Below, piece by piece: positions 59,848-64,000 of a DNA stretch of 64,000 nt. Source of the stretch: Acidobacteriota bacterium (GTDB lineage: Bacteria; Acidobacteriota; Thermoanaerobaculia; Multivoradales; JAHEKO01); NCBI GenBank assembly GCA_029862975.1, contig JAOTWP010000005.1:4484-68483 (forward strand). Reading direction: 5' to 3'. Positions within the stretch are counted from its first letter, which is position 1; the number at the start of each line of letters is the position of its first letter. The notes beneath the pieces were generated by a model. The model made no database searches. It was not told where the DNA came from and was given only the letters and a program-made list of their open reading frames with translations. Position numbers and translations under genes: made by a program.

Positions 59848-62003
59848 GCGCCGTCGAGAGCTTCGAGATTCCGGGCTGGCATGGCGAGCTGCGGACGGCG
59901 TACCGGCCCGCCGACCTCGCGGCGGCCGTCGCGCGGCTGGCGGATCCTGGGGCCGCGCGGGAGACCGTACACTGGGGCCGCAACTACCTCTACAGCGTCG
60001 ATCTCGAGACCACGAGCGGGCCGATCGAGGTCGTCGTCAAGCAGTTCCGCAATCGGGGCTGGCGGGCGCGCTGGCGGCGGCGAGTCGAAGGCAGCAAGGC
60101 GGAGAAGAGCTGGCGCGTCGCGCGCTACCTGAGCGAGCACGGCGTCCCGACGCCGGAGCCGCTGCTGCTCGTGGAATCCGACGACCCGGAGGGTCCGTCG
60201 CTCTTCGTCTCGCGGCGCATCCGCGACGGCTTCGAATCGCGCTACTTCTTCCGGGCGCTGAACGCGGGCCTCGAGGGCGAGAGGTTCCCGGAGGTCGACG
60301 TCGACGAGCTGCTGCGGTCGCTGGGCGCGACGCTGCGGCGCATGCACGAGGCCGGCGTCTGGCACCGCGACGTGTCCGTGGGCAACCTGCTGCTGTCGCA
60401 TCCCGACGGCGGCCGGCTCGAGGTGTACGTCGTGGACCTCAATCGCGCCCGCGTCGGCCAACCCCTCGGCATCGAGCGGCGCACCCGCGACCTGTGCCGG
60501 TTGCGGATCTTCGAGGGGGCGCACCAGGACACGTTCTTGCGCGCCTACTGGCACGGCCGGGAGGCGGGCTTTGGCTTCAAGCGGGGCCTCTACCGGCTCT
60601 ATCACCGCGGCTTCCTGATCCGCAACCGGCTCAAGGCCTGGCTGCGGTCGCCGCTTTCGGGTCTGGCGCCGCGCCGCGCCTACGCCCACATTCCCGCGCC
60701 CCCGGTCGCCGCCGGGGCCCGCGACCGGGTGGCCTGGGACCATCTCTCCGATCAGCCCCACCAGCACGCGGGGCGGTTGCGGCGCCTCGGGGTGCGGCTG
60801 GCGGACGCGGGCGCGCACGGCCGCGAGATGGCGGCCTGCGTGGCGGCGCTGCCGCGCATCGCCGCCAGCTATCGCCGGCTCTCGCGCCGCCGCCCGCCCG
60901 CGCCGCTGCCGTTCACCGGTCTCGGGGTGGCCCTGCGTCCCTGGCCGAGCGCCCCGGGCGAGCTGCTCGCCGCGGTCGAGGGTCTCGGCGTCGAGCACGT
61001 GCTCCTGCGCCTCCACCCGTGGGCCGCCGACCACGACGACGAGGAGGCGCTGGCCCGCGAGCTTCGCGACCGGGGCTACGAGCTGGCCTTCACCCTGCCC
61101 CAGAACCGCGACCTGGTGCGTGACCCGGGCCGCTGGCGGGCGGCGCTCGGCGAGCTGGCGCGCCGCTTCGCCCCGCTCGGGAGCTCCTTTCAGATCGGCC
61201 AGGCGGTCAACCGCAGCAAGTGGGGCGTCTGGCGCTACGACGAGTACGAGACCCTGGTCGCCGGGGCGCGCGAGGCGTTTGCGCCCTATCCCGAGGTCCG
61301 GCTGCTGGGACCGTCGGTGATCGACTTCGAGTACTACGCGACCGCCGCGCTGCTCAACATGCGCTGGCGCGAGGGGCTCGCGCTCGACGGAGTGGCCAGC
61401 CTGCTCTACGTGGATCGGCGCGGTGCGCCGGAGAACCGCCAGCTCGGCCTCGACACCGTGGGCAAGGTGACCCTGCTCAAGGCGATCGCCGAGACCGCCC
61501 GCAACAGCGGCGCGGCGAGCTGGATCACGGAGGTCAACTGGCCCCTCCGCGAGGGCCCGCACTCACCGGCGGGACGCAGGGTGTCCGTCGACGAGGAGAG
61601 CCAGGCGAGCTATCTCGTCCGCTACTACCTGCTGGCGCTGTGCACGGGCCTCGTCGAGCGCGTCTACTGGTGGCAGCTGGTGGCTCGGGGCTACGGCCTC
61701 ATGGCTCCCGACGCCGGCGGGCTCGTCCCCCGGCCGGCCTACCGCGCCCTTTCCACCCTCGCCGCCCAGCTGACGGGGGGCGAGTTTCGAGGCGCTCTCG
61801 CGGCGCCGCCCGGGGCGTTTCTATACGACTTCGGCGACCGCGAGGGACGCCGCCGCATCGTCGGCTGGTCGGCGGACGGCCCCCGGCAAGCGGATCTGCC
61901 CGCGGCGCCGCTGGCCGTCTGGTCGCGGGACGGCGCCCGGGAAGAGCCGCGCGGCCCGCGCGTCGAGCTGACCGGCGCGCCGCGCTACTTCGCCGTCGAT
62001 TGA
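59844..62003 (+). CDS. fusion protein: N-terminal Kdo/WaaP-family (lipopolysaccharide kinase-like) kinase + C-terminal TIM-barrel glycoside-hydrolase-like domain
   Basis: GTG 59844 overlaps the rng stop (GTGA). The kinase part carries VVVKQF (Lys), SWRVARYLSEHGVPTPEP, HRDVSVGNLLL and VVDLNRA. The C-terminal ~400 aa show alternating beta/alpha character with ITEVNWP (nucleophile-like Glu) and IGQAVNRSKWG. The fold call for the C-terminal part is tentative. Confidence 0.7.
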   Translation: MSAVESFEIPGWHGELRTAYRPADLAAAVARLADPGAARETVHWGRNYLYSVDLETTSGPIEVVVKQFRNRGWRARWRRRVEGSKAEKSWRVARYLSEHGVPTPEPLLLVESDDPEGPSLFVSRRIRDGFESRYFFRALNAGLEGERFPEVDVDELLRSLGATLRRMHEAGVWHRDVSVGNLLLSHPDGGRLEVYVVDLNRARVGQPLGIERRTRDLCRLRIFEGAHQDTFLRAYWHGREAGFGFKRGLYRLYHRGFLIRNRLKAWLRSPLSGLAPRRAYAHIPAPPVAAGARDRVAWDHLSDQPHQHAGRLRRLGVRLADAGAHGREMAACVAALPRIAASYRRLSRRRPPAPLPFTGLGVALRPWPSAPGELLAAVEGLGVEHVLLRLHPWAADHDDEEALARELRDRGYELAFTLPQNRDLVRDPGRWRAALGELARRFAPLGSSFQIGQAVNRSKWGVWRYDEYETLVAGAREAFAPYPEVRLLGPSVIDFEYYATAALLNMRWREGLALDGVASLLYVDRRGAPENRQLGLDTVGKVTLLKAIAETARNSGAASWITEVNWPLREGPHSPAGRRVSVDEESQASYLVRYYLLALCTGLVERVYWWQLVARGYGLMAPDAGGLVPRPAYRALSTLAAQLTGGEFRGALAAPPGAFLYDFGDREGRRRIVGWSADGPRQADLPAAPLAVWSRDGAREEPRGPRVELTGAPRYFAVD

Positions 62004-62006
62004 CGA

Positions 62007-62315
62007 TCAATCGAAGTCGAAGGGGCTCGGCGGCGGCCCGTCGTCCGCGCTCTCCTCGGCGCGCGCCAGGGCCTGGCGGAAGCGCTCCTCGAGAAGGCGC
62101 TCCCGGTCCTCGTGGGCGGCGACCTCGCGCGCGAAGACCTCCTCGGCCTGGATCTTCTCGCGCTCGAGGTCGGCGAGCAGCTCCTCGAACTGCTTGCCGC
62201 CGGCCGGCCGGGTCTTCGCCTTCTCGTGGAACAGCACCTCGCCCGTGATCCCGTCGATGACGAGACGGCTGGAGCAGTCCGGGCAGCGTAGGATCAGCTT
62301 CCGCGGTTCGTCCAC
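62007..62315 (-). CDS. hypothetical small protein (single CPDC knuckle followed by a charged helical tail)
   Basis: 102 aa with a GTG start, strong G/C third-position bias and a coiled, Glu/Arg-rich C-terminal half. Confidence 0.55.
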   Translation of the reverse strand: MDEPRKLILRCPDCSSRLVIDGITGEVLFHEKAKTRPAGGKQFEELLADLEREKIQAEEVFAREVAAHEDRERLLEERFRQALARAEESADDGPPPSPFDFD

Positions 62316-62365
62316 GGGCGTATTCTAGCGTGCGGGCGCGGCCTCCTCGCCCCGCCGCCGCGCGC

Positions 62366-62394
62366 TTGACACGCTATCGGCCCTGGGTTACAAA
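62366..62394 (+). promoter_or_regulatory. sigma-70 type promoter of the ABC substrate-binding protein gene
   Basis: Consensus TTGACA (62366-62371), a 17-nt spacer, then TACAAA (62389-62394). A GGAGGTGA Shine-Dalgarno precedes ATG 62445. Confidence 0.5.
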
Positions 62395-62444
62395 GCCTTG
62401 ATTCCGTGTCGAGTTACAATGCAGGCCGAAGCGGAGGTGATCCC

Positions 62445-63620
62445 ATGCGACGAGCCCTGACGGTAGCAACCCTGTTGATCGTGACAGCGGCGGGCTGCGC
62501 CAAGGAGAAGTCGATCAAGATCGGGGCGGTGCTGCCGCTGACGGGCGCGCATCAGCTGTACGGGCAGTCGATCCAGAAGGGGGTCGAGCTCGCTTTCGAG
62601 AAGCTGCTCAGGCAGGAATCGGACTACCAGTACTCGCTCTCGGTCGAGGATTCCGCCAGCGATCCCGACCGGGGAGCCCAGCTCGTGGAGCAGCTCTACA
62701 GCGACGGCTTCACGGCGATCATCGGCGGCGTGACGACGCCCGAGGCGCTCAAGGCGGTGCCGGTGGCCGATCAGTACGACCGGGTGCTGCTCTCGCCGTC
62801 CGCTTCGACGCCCGAGCTCACGGGCATCTCCAAGTACTTCTACCGCGTGTTCGTCTCGGACTCCCGCGAGGGGACGACGATGGCGAACTTCGCCACCCAG
62901 AAGCTCAAGATCTCGAACATCGTCATCCTCGCCAGGGAGGACGCGTTCGCGCAGGGGAATCGCGAGGTCTTCGACACCAACTTCGTCCGCCAGGGCGGCG
63001 AGGTGCTGGAGATGATCCTCTTTCCTTCGGAGGGCGGAGACTTCAGCGGCCTCATCGATCGCGTCCTGACGTTGAGCCCCGACGCCGTCTACATCGCGGC
63101 CTACGCCGAGGAGACTTCCGAGATGATCCTCGAGCTGCGCCGCCAGAGATTCGGCGGCTACGTGCTCGCGACCGCGGCGTTCGCCTCGCCGGAGATCATC
63201 GAGAAGGTCGGGCAGCCGGCGGAGGGGGTCTTCCTGACCCAGGCCGGATTCGACACCAAGAGCGAGGAGCCGCTCATCAAGGATTTCGTCGACTCCTACC
63301 GCGCCAAGTACGGGCTCACCCCCGACCTGTACGCGGCCCACGGCTACGACGCCGTGATGGTGCTGGCCGAGGCGGTCAAGGAGTCGGGCGGGGAGTTCGC
63401 CAGCGACCTGTGGAGCGCCCTGCGCGGTTTGCGCGACTTCCAAGGCGTCACGGGCACGCTGCAGTTCGACGAGCGCGGCGACGTGCAGAAGTTCCCGCGC
63501 GTCTTCGTCGTCAACGAGGGCGAGCTGGTCGACTACGAGAAGGACATCGAAGAGAAGCGCCGCAAGATCCTGGAGCGCCTCCGCGCCCTCGAGGCGAAGC
63601 AGCGGCGCGGCGACGACTAG
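62445..63620 (+). CDS. ABC transporter substrate-binding lipoprotein, type-1 PBP (LivJ/branched-chain amino acid family)
   Basis: Lipobox VTAAGC, then IKIGAVLPLTGAHQLYGQSIQKGVELA typical of Leu/Ile/Val-binding-like proteins. Confidence 0.8.
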   Translation: MRRALTVATLLIVTAAGCAKEKSIKIGAVLPLTGAHQLYGQSIQKGVELAFEKLLRQESDYQYSLSVEDSASDPDRGAQLVEQLYSDGFTAIIGGVTTPEALKAVPVADQYDRVLLSPSASTPELTGISKYFYRVFVSDSREGTTMANFATQKLKISNIVILAREDAFAQGNREVFDTNFVRQGGEVLEMILFPSEGGDFSGLIDRVLTLSPDAVYIAAYAEETSEMILELRRQRFGGYVLATAAFASPEIIEKVGQPAEGVFLTQAGFDTKSEEPLIKDFVDSYRAKYGLTPDLYAAHGYDAVMVLAEAVKESGGEFASDLWSALRGLRDFQGVTGTLQFDERGDVQKFPRVFVVNEGELVDYEKDIEEKRRKILERLRALEAKQRRGDD

Positions 63621-63668
63621 CCGCTCGCAGCGACCCGAGCCGGGGCGCGACGGCGGGTCCCAGCGGCC

Positions 63669-64000
63669 ATGCTCGAGTCCACTCTTCGCCTGGTGCGATA
63701 CCGCGGCCTGCTCGCGACGCTGGTCCAGCGCGAGCTGAAGGCGCGCTACCGGGGCTCGGTCCTCGGCTTCCTCTGGTCGCTGGTCACGCCGCTCGTGCTG
63801 CTGGCGGTCTACACCTTCGTCTTCAGCTTCATCTTCCGGCCGCGGGTGACCGGCGCTCAGCCCTACGCCCTCTTCCTGATGAGCGGGCTCTTTCCCTGGA
63901 TCTGGGTCGCGACGTCGCTGCAGGAAGGCACGGTGTCGCTGTCCGCCAGCGCGGGGATGATCCGCAAGGCGGTGTTTCCGGTCGAAGTGCTGCCGATCGT
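63669..64000 (+). CDS. ABC-2 type transporter permease (polysaccharide/O-antigen exporter-like), 3' end outside the window
   Basis: LVQRELKARYRGSVLGFLWSLVTPLVLLAVYTFVF is the characteristic ABC-2 (Wzm/TagG-like) N-terminus. The frame stays open to the window end. Confidence 0.8.
   Translation, partial: MLESTLRLVRYRGLLATLVQRELKARYRGSVLGFLWSLVTPLVLLAVYTFVFSFIFRPRVTGAQPYALFLMSGLFPWIWVATSLQEGTVSLSASAGMIRKAVFPVEVLPI

Noticed and set aside
57021-61562. 1513-aa minus-strand ORF, the longest in the window
   Set aside because: It is antisense to rodA, rng and the kinase fusion, all of which have clear family motifs. Its translation is a low-complexity Arg/Ala/Pro/Gly string without any recognisable domain. 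High G+C suppresses stop codons on the antisense strand.

Overview
High-G+C bacterial chromosome segment (by eye about two-thirds to 70% G+C; phylum not determinable from the sequence alone). It carries the origin/partition neighbourhood followed by long housekeeping operons. I see no prophage, CRISPR array, defence island or obvious horizontally acquired block, and no evidence for a large novel multi-gene system.

Gene order:
- bactofilin<-parB<-parA<-rsmG, then two parS-like sites and a free-standing LAGLIDADG-like ORF
- jag<-yidC<-yidD<-rnpA<-rpmH
- tadA, two tRNA-Ser genes, SRP RNA, dnaX-ybaB-recR, an aminotransferase, a dual cNMP-binding protein
- mutY, sppA, then dnaA-dnaN-gyrB-gyrA with no recF
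- a CPBP protease, then a translationally coupled M20 peptidase/CYTH/nucleotidyltransferase/HAD module
- DUF2277, an RRM protein, nadE
- a sigma-54 two-component operon with a coiled-coil lipoprotein
- PCD and enoyl-CoA hydratase, tRNA-Asn, dnaG-rpoD
- an MA-type peptidase with TPR repeats, mutS2, a seven-repeat secreted protein
- ppiD-ruvA-ruvB-lipid kinase
- a FecR-like gene followed by mreB-mreC-mreD-mrdA-rodA-rng and a kinase/TIM-barrel fusion
- an ABC substrate-binding protein and the start of an ABC-2 permease

Start-codon choices are supported by thirteen 4-nt ATGA/GTGA stop-start overlaps. Most long ORFs in the six-frame track are antisense or out-of-frame shadows caused by the G+C content.

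The observations most worth follow-up are small-scale:
1. A perfect sigma-54 promoter consensus firing into an ORF-free, strongly structured ~240-nt spacer between mutY and sppA. This is a candidate RpoN-dependent sRNA or leader.
2. A duplicated variant parS unit next to a LAGLIDADG-like ORF, at the position where mnmE/mnmG usually sit.
3. A Kdo/WaaP-type kinase fused to a glycosidase-like TIM barrel and coupled to the end of the mre/rod/rng operon.
4. A dnaA-dnaN spacer packed with TCCGCA-type boxes plus an AT-rich element, a candidate oriC.
5. An RRM protein whose RNP2 motif has no canonical start codon upstream.
6. A recurrent TGcTAnAnT extended -10 promoter motif, with several apparently leaderless genes.
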